Below are positions 40,097 to 52,682 of a DNA stretch of 64,000 nucleotides, piece by piece. The notes beneath the pieces are model-generated. The model ran no database searches, was not told where the DNA came from, and was given only the letters and a program-made list of their open reading frames with translations. The position numbers and the translations under genes are program-made. This DNA is from Camelus ferus (taxonomy: Eukaryota), in contig NC_045696.1 in assembly GCF_009834535.1 (NCBI RefSeq), positions 38,628,001 through 38,692,000 of the forward strand. Direction: 5' to 3'. Each line of letters begins with the position of its first letter. Positions within the stretch are counted from its first letter, which is position 1.

Positions 40097-40501
40097 GTGA
40101 GTAGCGGGTACTTGAATTCTCCCACCTTGCTCCTTGCACTCTGCTGGTGTGGTCTGATCCAGTGTGCCCATTTTGTCCAAGATGCAGCTGCCATTCTGTG
40201 TAAACGTGCTCTCACGCCACCACCATTCCTTAGAGTTGGATCAGAAATCCAAGGCACCACAAATACAAGTGCAGTTTATATAAGATGATCATCTTTCTTA
40301 GTAAATTTTCAAATCAAGACCATACCATGTGCATAGTAATTGGTAAATAAGTCAGTGCTAAATTATGGAAAACCATGCTTACACCACTTTTTGATCAGTA
40401 TTTTGAAAGTCAGAGCATAATTCCCCAGCTTAACTTTAGAATGTTTCTAGGAAAAAGTAGAATAACTGCTTCATTTCCTTTCTCGTCTTTTCTGTCCCCA
40501 G

Positions 40502-40664
40502 GAGCACGAGCAGCTCACCTATTCCTCCACGAGGTCCAAGGCACCCAGTGTCATCATCACGGGTCTCAAGCCAGCCACGAAGTACATTTTTCACATCCGG
40601 GTGAGGACTGCAACAGGATACAGTGGCTACAGTCAGAAGTTTGAATTTGAAACAGGAGATGAAA
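40502..40664 (+). CDS. EPHA6: EPHA6 internal coding exon (exon 7 equivalent), C-terminal half of the 2nd FN3 domain
   Basis: Acceptor ttttctgtccccag (AG 40500-40501) and donor GAAA|gtaagt (GT 40665-40666). 163 nt, phase 0 in (matching the upstream exon), phase 1 out. Translates EHEQLTYSSTRSKAPSVIITGLKPATKYIFHIRVRTATGYSGYSQKFEFETGDE, with the FN3 GLKPxTxY motif. Confidence 0.96.
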
Positions 40665-41484
40665 GTAAGTTTCACACAAAGACATAAAGTAAGATGTTAC
40701 TTTACTACCGTTTGAATCTGACCTGGTAGTTAAAAAATCTAATGTCCCAAATTTTGAATGGTCTCATCAAGCAGAATTCTGTTCATGTAAATACTCATAC
40801 AGTCATTTCAGTTAATGTTTTAGTGCTATCGTTAAATATTTCCATGAACTGCCTTGCTCTATCACAATTGTAATGCGGCCCAAATATGTCTCTTTATGCG
40901 GAATTCATCAGTCAGGCCATAACATAGAGTCTCAGTGGATGGTGTTAGCCTAATTGTTCATCAGTCTTGGCATCATAATGTGATACTAATGAAAACTTGG
41001 AAGAGAATAAAACCGTGAGCAAATGATGTTAGCAGTTAGTTCAAAATTGTGTAGCTTTGGCTGTTATCTTAGATCAATAAAAACAGAGATCAGGCGACAA
41101 ACTCCACTGAAGTGCACATTGTAAGTTTTAAATATAGATGCATGAGCTTGATTAGAAACTCAAATTAATTCCATAGCCTCAATGTACTGAAAACCAAAAT
41201 GGGAGACGAGGGGAGTGAGGTGTTCCAAAGTCATGTTACATAGCATTAAATGTCATATTCATTTTAAACTCAGCTCTATCATTGAATTATATTTTTGAGT
41301 TTAGAAATCCATCCTATTACTATCTTTATAAGGCTAATACAGCTGGCTTTTGCTGTGTACTTTGGTGGAAAAATATCCAAATACCTAATTGTAATAAAAA
41401 TCTGTTCCCATCATTGTTAAAATACTTAGATTTGTATAAGAATGCAAAAATAGCAAATTTATTATAAAAATTCTTTATGAATAA

Positions 41485-41745
41485 CAATAATGATAGCTAC
41501 CATTTACTGAGCCTCCCATAAGTGCCAAAAATGATGTGAAGTGTTTTACATGTATTATCTTATTTAAACGTTTCAGCATCCAATGAGACCAGCATTATTT
41601 TCCTAATTATACTTCTGAGAAATCAGAAGCCTAGGAAAGTTGAGCAATTTGTCTGTATTCATGCAGTTGGTAAGAAAGCAAAGCTAAAATTTGAAACTGA
41701 GGGCCATCTTCTTCCAAGGCCTGTGCTTTTAACTACTCCACCATC
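41485..41745 (-). mobile_element. MIR SINE (near full length)
   Basis: aataatgatagctaccatttactgagc...tttacatgtattatcttatttaa...ccaaggcctgtgcttttaactactccacca. Confidence 0.8.
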
Positions 41746-42659
41746 CGGCCAAGTCCTTTCCTTTGAATTATAAAGTGCTAATGGTAAGACCGCTAACTAG
41801 GCCATAATTCCTCTGGTTTATCACTGAAAGTGAAGCTACGCTGAATGTGACAGAAAGAGTGTTTTATTGTTGTTTTATAGTAATGCACAATGTTGATCCA
41901 TAAGAACTTTTTTGTTACAACTATATCTAACTAAAAAGTGGACGAGCACTGACATATCTAAATAAGAAAGAACACAGTTTCGGATTAGAGAAAACTAAGG
42001 GATAAAAAGATTACTTATACCCTAGATGTTTAAAGCCAGTGATAGTCATTTATAATCCTACCAGAGACGGTTGACTTTTCAAGCTAGAGATGAAATTATT
42101 GGGAGCAGAGTGCAATTATCACAAAGCAAAACTCTGTAAACAAAAGCAATGTAAAATATTCAGAAAGTGCCCCTACTATTTCCTATTGACTATTTTTTTC
42201 GCTGTCCCTATATCAAAACTTAACCTAGGTACAAAGCCAAACATGCAATTCAAGGTAAGTTTTGTCCAGGGAGGACTCACATCATTGTCTTGTCCAGGGT
42301 GTGTTTATTGCATCCTTGCATCTTATTTCACAGATCAAGAAATTCAGCTAACTTTTAACAAGTATGACAGTTTTGAGTATTATATCATCAAGTCAGAAAT
42401 GTACTCTCAGACAAACTTATAATGCTAAATCTAGGTAAGTCATTTGTGTTCATCTGGGACTTTTAGATGAAGAGTCTAATCTAATAAGAAAACAATAAGT
42501 TCTTATCTAAATATTAAAATATTGACTTGGTTTTAACTTGAAATTTGAACTAATTGCACTTTCAGGACTAGAATTCTTTCAGAGGTCTTATAAAAGATAA
42601 ATACTTTAAAATGCCTTAGCAGAGAGGTCCCATACTTACCAATAACCCAGTGTAATATT

Positions 42660-43180
42660 TACTAACTCAACAAAAAATGTGTTAAGACAATATGTGCTAC
42701 ACTCTGTGTGATGCTCTGGCGATAAAAAGGTAATGATAAGCTCTACAGCCTCTGTCTTCATGTAATTTATAGTCTAGATTTGTGGGAGATAAAATGAAAA
42801 TTTAAATAAAAAATAGAAGATTGGATGACACGTGCTATCAGGTAGATATGGGAACTGTGCTATAAGAGCGTAGAGAAGAGACCCTGATTCAGCATGAATG
42901 GATCATGACGGGCTGGAGGATGGGAAAGGGGCTCATTCTTGGAAGAGAGGTAATAAAGAAAGAGCAGAAGCACTGAGGCCTGAGTCAGCGTGAAAAATTT
43001 GAAGAAGAACCAACTACTTGGTGTGACAACAATGGGGAGACTATGAAAGATAAAACATTGGGAGCTAAAGGCAAGAACTGTATACAGAGGCCCAAACGAA
43101 GGCGTTCTTTTGGCCGTGTTATGGGTATTGGGCCTTATGACGATATTGGGCATTCATGAGAGGATTGTAATTAGGGAGTA
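42660..43180 (-). mobile_element. L2 LINE fragment
   Basis: actcaacaaaaaatgtgttaagacaatatgtgcta...cctctgtcttcatgtaatttatagtctag...gggaactgtgctataagagc. Confidence 0.6.
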
Positions 43181-44684
43181 ACATGGCCAGTAATATGTGC
43201 AAGACTCTCTGCTGAGCAATTTACACAAATTATCTTTTTAATTCTGACAAGGTTATATCTCTTTTTGGAGACTTAAGTAGCTTTACCAAAATCTGATAAG
43301 AGAACCTTAGAGGCACCTGACAGTGGCAGCCTCAGACAGCAAAACCATATTCTGAATTACTGATTTGTAAATGTCATGTGAGTGACTTTTATTACACCCT
43401 TGAAGAGACACAATATTTGAGAAGAGTCTGAAAAATATGTTTGTCTAAACTTGGAGTTTGGGTACACAGAGTGGCTCCCAAGTCAATTTACAGCCTGAGG
43501 GAAAATCATTTAAAGGATCATTTTTTATCTGGTTAGCTTTAAATTGCATTTTCAAAGCGTGCTGTTTATATCCAGAAGAGAATTTCAATGAATAATGTCA
43601 TAGTAAGATATGGGTAGGTCTACTATAAATTCAGGAATATAATGATGTGAATCCCAACTGACAGCATCAGATTTTTTTGTTTCTCTATATACCATCATAG
43701 TGCATCTTTAAATTTTTATACCTTTTGTTTCTCTGGTAGTACCTGAACTTTGTAATGTCTACTTTCTCATTAACTTCTCTCTTGTGTATCCTGTTTAATT
43801 AACTGACTTTATAATGCGTTGAGATGGGGTGTGAAGTAGGGAGGTGAAATTAGGTGCTCTCTCATTTGATGGTCCGGTTCAAATTTTTTAAAGTAAGCAA
43901 AATGAGTAGTAATTAACCATATTATTTTACTTTGTCCAGCTTTTAGTTTGCTCACAACTAGTGAGACAATAATATAAAATATGAAATAATTCCTTTTCAA
44001 AATCATGTTCTTAACTGACTGCTTGTGCTCTATAAACATAGTGGTGTCTGAAGAACAATTACCATGACTCCTCTTGCTCTTTTATACCAGTGGTTGTTTT
44101 GTTTTTCTAGTCAGAATATGCTAGTGGAAACTGGCTAGCAAATTTAAAGATTACTAATTATGACTGCTAGCACTGTAAAAATAGCCTGCTTGAACTATAG
44201 CAATTGGTTTCCTCTCTTCCTAATTCTATAGAACAACCTCATTAAATATATTGTATATGAAGAGATAGATAGAATTGATTAATAAATCTATAGATAAATA
44301 GGTAAATAGATAGTCACTCATATATAATCACGAAAGACTTTCCTTTTGTGTTTCAATACTGACATTTTGTGTGTCTGCTAATCTCTTTCAGGACTAACAG
44401 TGTATAACTAAATATTATGTCCACTAAAAGCATTTATTGAGTGGCTATTCTGTACTGGTCTTTTTATTAGGTACTGTTATTGATTGTCCCATCTTTTTGG
44501 AATTGCTTTAACAAAATTACAATAAGCTACAGAATCAGTAGTGAGAAAGTAAGAATATATAAATATTCCATGCAAATCTTCTTGAAAGATAGGTGAAAAA
44601 TAGATAGCTGTTAGAAGCTCTCTAATATAAGACATTTCTCAAATTAAAATAAAAATCATTTTATTCCCCAAAGTATCTCTTTCT

Positions 44685-44706
44685 CACACACACACACACA
44701 CACACA
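44685..44706 (+). repeat. (CA)11 microsatellite
   Basis: Perfect CA run. Confidence 0.9.
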
Positions 44707-46049
44707 ATGGTTAATTATAGGCCTTTTTAGCTTTTATAGATAAAACAGGAAATTTTAACTGCCTCATGATTGTTTTTATTTCTGTGCTTATTTTCTGGAG
44801 AAAATGTGCTCCTTTCCAATGGAGAAAAAGATAAGAATTAAAACTCAAAAGTTATCTACATAGCCAATAATGTTATCCAAATCCTTAAAAACTGCTTGAA
44901 AACCACGTTTGATTCAAGTTTAAGAAAATTCTGTTAAAATTACACCTATATTTTTAAAAAGAAATAATTTAATGAAAAGAAAGTCAAACATTTGTTTTTA
45001 TTTAAAACATCACCAGGATTTATCTAATATTCAAATATATTTTAGAGAAACAGAAAATACTTTTGTGGGTTCATTTTTAAAACCAAAATAAAATATATCC
45101 TGCTATATTGCAGTCAACTTAAACATTTTACTTATATAATATAAAAGAGCTTGTGAAGCTATCAAAAGGTAGGAGAATCCATAGCTTAAAGCCAACTTTT
45201 GAAAGAAAACTGGAATTTTACATATAACTTACCTCTTCCATTGCCTTTATGGTTTTCCAGAATGATCCAGGAGAATTAATGCATTGCCAACATATAAGCG
45301 ATGCATTCCTTTTCCCTGAAAAGATTAATTATACCTTAAATTTTAACAACACATAAATTTAGGTTGTCACTCATAAGCTACATGAAGCATTCTCATAGCA
45401 CGAAAGCCACATCTGCCATCATTTTAAAATATGCTATTGTTTACCAAAAGTAGTAAAGAAGGACTAAATTTATATCACTTGAAATAATTAACCACACAAA
45501 AATCATTATGAACAGCATTAACTAAACAAGCTATAAATTACTGAATCATACTATTGCAAATTAGAATCTATGTCATGTCTTGCACATTTAGACAATGAGT
45601 TATGTAGATATAAATGAATGAATTTAATCACTTAATTATTTTGAAAACACCCATAAGATTTAGCTTTTTGTAGTATGGCTTCATATTAAAGCAGTTTAAT
45701 TAGTTTTAACAATGTATAGATGGGAAATGATCCTGAAAATTAAGGTAGAAGATTGTGTCTCCAGTTTCTTCTTCCTTAATCTATTTTTTATGTCCCCATT
45801 TGACTAATTTTTCTATACTTAACTTTGTACACTTAAAAACCCCAAGTCATTGTATATTTTCTACCGAATAAAATGTGAATTTCTCAACAAATATTCAAGT
45901 TTTCCTCCAGTCTAATCCAATTGACATCATTTTTGTCCTGTCTCCCTCTGGTTAACAGATACTCGAAAAAGTGTAAATGCTTTATGCACAAAATTTTCTG
46001 ATTCTTCATCATGACTCCCATATGGAATAATCAAAAACCTATCATATTG

Positions 46050-46290
46050 CAAATGGTCAGTCCAGCTCACATGCTACTCCTCCTGAAGTGTTTTTGATCA
46101 GTCCAATGAGACGTCATCACTCTTTCCTCAAACTTTCTATAGTATTTTATTGTGGGAAGGCTTAATTCTTTGCCAGGTTCTTAGCTCTTTGAGATCAAGA
46201 ACTGTAACCTATGTATCCTTGTGTGTCCTAAATGTCTGGTACACAGTTAGTTTCTAATATACATTTCATTAGATAAGTGAAGAATGTATA
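46050..46290 (+). mobile_element. L2 LINE 3' fragment
   Basis: tagctctttgagatcaagaactgtaacc...tatccttgtgtgtcc...gtctggtacacagttag. Confidence 0.55.
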
Positions 46291-47069
46291 ATTTCAAAAG
46301 GCTAAAATATGGAAGAATAGCATGTTGCCTACCAGTAAAAATAAGAAAGAATCAAATATTTTTATTTGCCACAGATAAGCAATATCACTTGCTATATTTT
46401 GGGTAATAAGCTATAACTGACTTGAGTTGTGTCATAACATGATACATGCAATTCTAATTACAAATTAGTTGTTAATTCTAACATTTGGGAGTATTTGAAT
46501 AGAGTAAAATGACCTTTTTGTTGTTAAATGTATTTTCCTCCTTAAACACCTTTTTGAAAAATCGCTATGTGTGATCCAGTCTATTGGTTGAAACCCAACC
46601 TGTACTGCTTTAATGACTTAGGATGAAATTAGCTGCATCAATATTAACAGCAGCCAGAAATTTGGGGATGATTATTAATGGTGAAGCATGAAGCAGAAAG
46701 AGGACCAGCTGACCTGGTGGAGCAATAAAAAAAAGTTAATTAATCAAGCAGGAGGCAGACTTCATATTTATGAGTGTACCCAGAGAAGGATGAATTCCAG
46801 TATGTAAGACTTTAATTTGAAATAATCTCCAATCAATAGCACACTTTCAGTGTTGGCAGCCGTAGCTATCTATATGCAAACATCAGTAGGAATGAAAAAC
46901 TTCTAACAGATTGTCTGAATATAAATTGGCCTACTTTACAAGGTGATGAAGACTGTTTCTGAAGCTAACTGGATACTTATTCAGCATGTCGTTAAGGATG
47001 CCCGCTTTGTTTAGGACGATGTGTTAGAAGCTTGATGTAACTTCTAATATTGAGATTTCATAACAACAG

Positions 47070-47240
47070 GTAATATTTATCGAGTTCTAATTATGTTTCA
47101 GGCACTGTTCTGTTCTTTATGGCTACTAACATACTTACAACTTGGAAAGGGGGTACTGCTATCATACCCGTTATTTAGGGACTGGAAAAACCAAAGCACA
47201 AAGAAATTTAGTTACTTACCAGATTCCCACAGCTAGGACT
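47070..47240 (-). mobile_element. MIR SINE
   Basis: taatatttatcgagttctaattatgtttcaggcactgttct...gaaaaaccaaagcacaaagaaatttagttacttacc. Confidence 0.65.
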
Positions 47241-47962
47241 GAGTTCTCCTTCTGCCTATTCAATGTTTTCACTTTTCTTATTCAGCTTGGTTAGTGCTTC
47301 TAATTTTCTACATGATTATTTTTTATTCTTACCTCTCCACCAGTCCCTTAACTAATTATATTCCTCCTTAGAGTAATATGTGTTTGAATATAAACACAGA
47401 TTTTCAGAAGACTGTAACTGTTTACAAATCACCATGCAACAAGTTCAGAGAGTTGTGTTTTCTTATGGTTTTATGGATTAATGCACACATAGTAGACCTA
47501 GTATAGCACTCTAAAGCAGTAAAATAATGCCGCTAGCCCCATTACCTTAAATGTGCAAGAACTTGATGAAGAATAGCTATTTGCATAGAAGATGGAAGTC
47601 TCCTTTTAAGAAACCTGCACTGACCAAAAACAAAAGACATTTTGCTTCAGTTTTGCATGGATCCAATAAAGATTTTAAATGATGGGAACAGAGCTTATGT
47701 ACCATAAGACAGATTGAAGGCCTTAATATGAAAAATATTAAGGATCATAACTTTGCTAAATGGGCTGGAAAGAAGATCATTAACTATTAACAGGTACTTA
47801 GAAGTTATAAAATGTGCACATCAATATGGAGTGTTACAATTTGAATCATATCTGAAAGGGAGCTAACAAACAGCAATGGATCTATTTCTTAAAACAGAAT
47901 ATAGCTTTATTTTAAGCCAATAGCCTACAGCAAAACAAAAAAAAGTGACTTCTTTGGGATAT

Positions 47963-48031
47963 AAACCATCATTCTTTTTTATTTTATTTATTTATTTATT
48001 ATTTTTTGTTTTTTAAAAACCATCATTCTTT
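47963..48031 (-). mobile_element. Tail-only retroposon insertion with 15-bp TSD
   Basis: aaaccatcattcttt at 47963-47977 and 48017-48031 flank 39 bp of (TTTA)n/T-rich sequence. Confidence 0.7.
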
Positions 48032-48287
48032 GACTGAAATCTTTTTCTTGAGATCAGGAACCTTTTATTTTTTCATTTTTGTAACTCATGTATTGCTTTG
48101 CATGTGCCTGACTAATAGAAAGCATTCAGTGAATATCAGATGAATTGATGTTATCCAGTAAATACTTAATGAACATACATCTGTTGTTTCAAACAAACTA
48201 TATGTGTTCTATTAGTCTATCTATATGTTTTTAGTACCTTACTTTTATTTGTTTATTTGTGTATATATTAATAATGCAGTATATCAA

Positions 48288-48603
48288 ATGCTGGTCAAAG
48301 GGTGCAAGTTTCAATTATGTAGGATGAATAAGCTGAAGATTTAACGTACAGCATGGTGACTATGGTTAATAATACTGTATGGTATATTTGAAATTTCCTA
48401 AGAGAAGGGATCTTAAATGTTCTCACCCCACATACACACACACAAAATATGTGAAGTGATGATGGATATGTTAATTAGCTTGAGTGTGGTAATTATTTTA
48501 CAGTGTATACTTACATCAAAACATCACATTGTACACCATAGAGCATACAATTTTTATTTGTCAATTATACCTCAATAAAGCTGCAGGAAAAAATAAATAA
48601 ATA
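48288..48603 (+). mobile_element. L1MA-type LINE 3' end (L1MA9-like)
   Basis: ggtcaaagggtgcaagtttcaattatgtaggatgaataag...gtacagcatggtgactatggttaataatactgtat...gtcaattatacctcaataaagctg followed by an A-rich tail. Confidence 0.85.
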
Positions 48604-49627
48604 ATATATGTTCTCTGTCTTCAGGAAGCTCAACACTAAACCTCACTAGAGGCTCTTATACAGAGTTCCTTATTTATGTCTTTCCCAAAGTCTAATTTTA
48701 ATTTGACTTGATTTGAGATGAGATGGATTTTTTTCTATCAGCCATGATATAAATTGCCTGAATTTTTCTGTCAAGCTATTTGACTTTACAACCTTGAATT
48801 CTTTAACAGAGCAAAAAAAGTTCCTAAGACATTTCAAATTGCTCCAAATTTAGTGAAAAATACATTCCCTGTATAATACTTGAAGATTTAGAGCCATTCC
48901 TTAGACTACACAAATCAGCTTTATTGACTTATATTGTGAAGTGGCTTTTAAAAATGTCATATTTTAGTTGTTAGAAAAGCATCAAGGGCAAAGCGAAGAA
49001 AACCTAATCCCTTAATATAAGTTTATGGAAGCTATCCGGAACTGCTGGTATGATTCTTAATTGTGGTTGACCTCTCACCCTCATCCATTGCATGATCGCT
49101 TGCTGTTCTCAAGACCAGGCTGGGAGTATTGTGTTGTTCACTCGTTACTTCTGGAATGGTGTATTAAAGCACGAGGGTAGTTCCAGTTAGCTATAGGGTG
49201 ATGCCCAGGGGCAATATGTAGTTCTTACAGGAAGAGGCTAGAAACACAGGATGCTGGGATGGACGTATCCTTTAGAAGTCATGGACTGCAAGGATGACAC
49301 AGCATTGCCTTGGATCCTTTCATAGCTTTATTTCCTATTTCCTGATTTAATTCCATTCACCTGGTAATCCATCATTTTCAGAGCCAAAAATTTTTGAGAG
49401 TTGAATGAAAGAGTTATTCAAAATGTCCAAGTCAGGTAAAAAGTATTTTATATGAACTATGTAAACAACTAAATATTATCTGCCAATGTCAAAACATAAA
49501 GACATATATAGTTTGAATTTTATCTGCCAGAGTACCAGTACGCAGTAAAAATAATTTTAAATTATCTACTGTACTATCTCATAAATGTGTACGAACCCAA
49601 CACAAGGCATGTGTTTTTGCTTTATCT

Positions 49628-49645
49628 TACTGTGACGTCACAGTA
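49628..49645. promoter_or_regulatory. 18-bp perfect palindrome centred on a consensus CRE (TGACGTCA, 49633-49640)
   Basis: TACTGTGACGTCACAGTA is its own reverse complement and lies in unique, CpG-retaining sequence. Confidence 0.45.
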
Positions 49646-50439
49646 CTGAATGGACGGATGTTTATAAAATAAACCCAGCCAGCTCTACCAAGCCCTGTGT
49701 GAAGAACTAAGAAGCAGCTTAAGTATTTGCATTACACTTTACTTTTTCAAGGGAAACAGTAGTTCCCTGAATTTAAATTGAGTAACAAGAATTCTCGGCA
49801 AAGTAGCAGAAGCTGTTTAAAAGATTTAGCTGTGTGCGCACAAACCTGAGCAATACAGGCGTGAGCAGATTACGGACTCTGTGATGGGCAAAGGAGCAGA
49901 GTGTAGCAACCTGACCGCAAGATGTAAAATAGCTGAGTCACAACAAACTGAGTTTCATATTCTCTTATGCTTTTGGAAAACTGAGCATCCTTTTTAAAAT
50001 GTTCTTGCACTGTAGGTATTTTTAACTTATATAGTTATCTTGTATTTACTGGCTACAAAACCAGAGAGCAGACCAAATGACTTTTTCAACAATCAATTTC
50101 AACATTTCTGTAAACAATAAACATTGCTATAATAAAATCACAATACACTTACTGAACTTAGCATACATATGTACACATATATATATGTACATATACTTAA
50201 TGCATTTATTCTGCATTTATATACACTTCCTATTCTCATTCTAAAATGGAGCGAAATTGGCTCTGTTTTCAGTATTGCTGCATAAGCTGTTATCCTTGGA
50301 CGTAAAAGGATTTATTTCTAAATTTGATCTAAAGTTTGTTCCTAAATTTGACATAATGAGAAAGAAAGTGAAGAGCTCTTGAAAGGAAGCAGCAAAAGCT
50401 AGAGTAGGCAGAAGAATGTTTAATTGTCGAGTTTATTTT

Positions 50440-50880
50440 TTCACTCCTTCACTCAATTGAAAAATATTAAAGAATAGGCCAGATATAGAGACAGGCACTA
50501 AGGATTCAGAGATGAAAAGAATAAACTTGTTCCTGGCTTTCACAAAAGCTAGTTGAGCAGTTCATAAAATTACATGAGGTTAAATGGGGCTACATGTGAT
50601 ATTTTTATAAAATTACAAGAGATTGAACAAGGTTACATGTGCTGTTTTGAGGAGCACAAAGAGAAAAACCCAAACCAATTTGTGTCAACAGAGTCCTCCA
50701 AAAAGTAATAATATCTTGAAGGAGACTTTAAAGTTAAATAAAACTTGGCCATGAAAATATTGGGGATGGAGGGTGGGGTGAGGGGATAGGATAAGAGGAT
50801 TGGGGAGTCTCTCGTGTGTGCATGTAGAGATGAAAGATTATGGAACTTTCTAGTAACTGAAAGAATTTCAATGTGGCTAG
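50440..50880 (-). mobile_element. L2 LINE fragment
   Basis: tcactccttcactcaattgaaaaatatt...caggcactaaggattcagagatgaaaaga...gaggagcacaaagag. Confidence 0.55.
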
Positions 50881-51070
50881 AACTGTGGTTCTCAAAATGT
50901 GAACCCTGTACCAGAAGCATCCAGCTATACCTGGGAACATGTTAGAAGTGCAAATTTTCAGACCCTACCTCAGCCTTATTGGGTCAGAAATTCTGGGGAT
51001 GGGACTGAGCATTCTGTTTTAACAAGCCCTCCAAGTAATTCTGATGGACACTCTAGTTAGAGAAGCAGTA
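50881..51070. mobile_element. MER5A hAT-Charlie DNA transposon
   Basis: ctgtggttctcaaaatgtg...ccagaagcatc...cctgggaacatgttagaagtgcaaattttcagacccta...tcagaaattctggggatgggac...ttttaacaagccctccaagtaattctgatg...gagaagcagt. Confidence 0.85.
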
Positions 51071-52266
51071 GCTTCATCAGAGAGTACAAGGAAACGGGTA
51101 AGGAGCAGTGGGGGTGATAATCTTGGTACAGGAAATATAAGACAAGGGGCTAGGTTCGTATGCAAGGGCCATACAGTGTCACCCCTTATCTTGCTACTGA
51201 AGCTAAAACCTTCCTGAGTTTTTATTTTTCTTCCAGTTATCTGTAGTTTTGGACACAGGCAACCCAGTCAGAGCAAGCTTTCCATAACTGACTTTTCTGG
51301 AACCATTGCCAGCACATCTAATTATTTCCACACCTTCACTTTATCCACACTAAAAATAAAACCTTCCAGATATCTTTTTCATTGTCATGCCTATAGATGT
51401 CATAACTTCTAAATTTCCTGGAGACTATTTTAGCCTTAAGAATTCACCTACTGAAGGTGCTAGAACCTTGGGAATTATCAATTTAAATTCTAACACATGC
51501 TTGCTCTCTGCCAGCGTGTAAGCCTACATATTTCTCTTGACAGTTCGTAGTTGGTCTCTGGACTTTCAAGACACAGTGAATTATGACCTGCTCACCAGAG
51601 CCTCCTGAGAAAACGAGCTGAGCCATCCCATACCAAACCTTCAACAAAAATTGGTCAGCTGCAGAAGTCCTGGGAATTAAGTTATCTGGGAAACTTCATG
51701 AATCTAGATATCATAGAGGTAATGGTGATATGTTAGCAAAGCAAAGTTAGACACCAAGACTCATGTGCCACACAAACGTGTCACTGATTTGTCCCAGGCT
51801 AAGTAACTTTGTTGTGTGTTCTGATTGCTAAAGGAAAATGATACATTCAGGAAGGCCACATAGGACTTGGTGTTTTGGTCTAGGAGGATTCTGCACTCTA
51901 GGCTTTAATTCCTCATCAGCAAAATAAAGGGAATGTGCCAGATTATCTTACCATGCTCTACAAATGAGAAACTTCCTAGCAAAGTGATTAAAACCTTGGG
52001 CTAGACCAGTCTGGATCAGCATCCAAGCTCTGATGCTCCGTAGCCATTAGCACCTAAGGAGGGCAAGTTCGTCTCTTTAAGCTTTGGTTTCCTCATCCGA
52101 AAACTAGATGTATTCATTTGCTTGTACAATGATTCATTCAACCAATATTCGTGAGAACCCATTCTGAATTCTGTACTAAGTGCTATTCCACATGCTAGGG
52201 ATAGAGCAGAAATAGACAAAGAGCCAATAAACCAACAATAAGTAAAATATTTAGAATGTCAGGTGA

Positions 52267-52682
52267 TGCAGAGCTTCGGTGTGTTGCCTCAACCCCCGCT
52301 TCAGGACCCAGACCTACTCTCAGCTTGTGGCTGTGCTGTTGCTGAAGACACACCGTTGAATTCCTTTCCCCAACATCGCCTCTGTCCAAAAGAGGATGCG
52401 TGCCACAGGGGCAGCCAGAACACAAGACTGATCAGTAAGAGGCACAAAGATTGGTCCCATTGCTTCAGTTCAGGACAGCTCTGAGGGACCACCTCAGCTC
52501 CAGAACTCCTTGAGGTTGGCTGAGGTCTTTGTAGCCACCACATCACAGTTCAACTGCTCCATTTTCCCATTTCTACTTCCCTCCCTCCCCTGCATGTCTG
52601 TGCTGAGGTCACTCCTCAATAAACCTGCCGCAGACAGAGACCCAGTGCAGAATCTGTGTCTCATAGAAGTCCATCTCAGACA
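52267..52682 (+). mobile_element. LTR16-like ERVL solo LTR with 5-bp TSD, nested in an antisense L2 (about 52130-52900)
   Basis: TG...CA termini, GGTGA at 52262-52266 and 52683-52687, and ctcctcaataaacctg polyA region. The L2 sequence resumes after the TSD. Confidence 0.8.

Noticed and set aside
40375..40675. ORFs 40375..40644 (+) and 40436..40675 (-) from the track
   Set aside because: These are alternative-frame and antisense shadows of the real exon 40502-40664; the true frame has no start codon of its own, so it is absent from the track.
50160..50196. Self-complementary AT/RY tract (also about 5221-5252 and 58937-58972)
   Set aside because: Palindromy is intrinsic to (TA)/(CA)/(TG) simple repeats.
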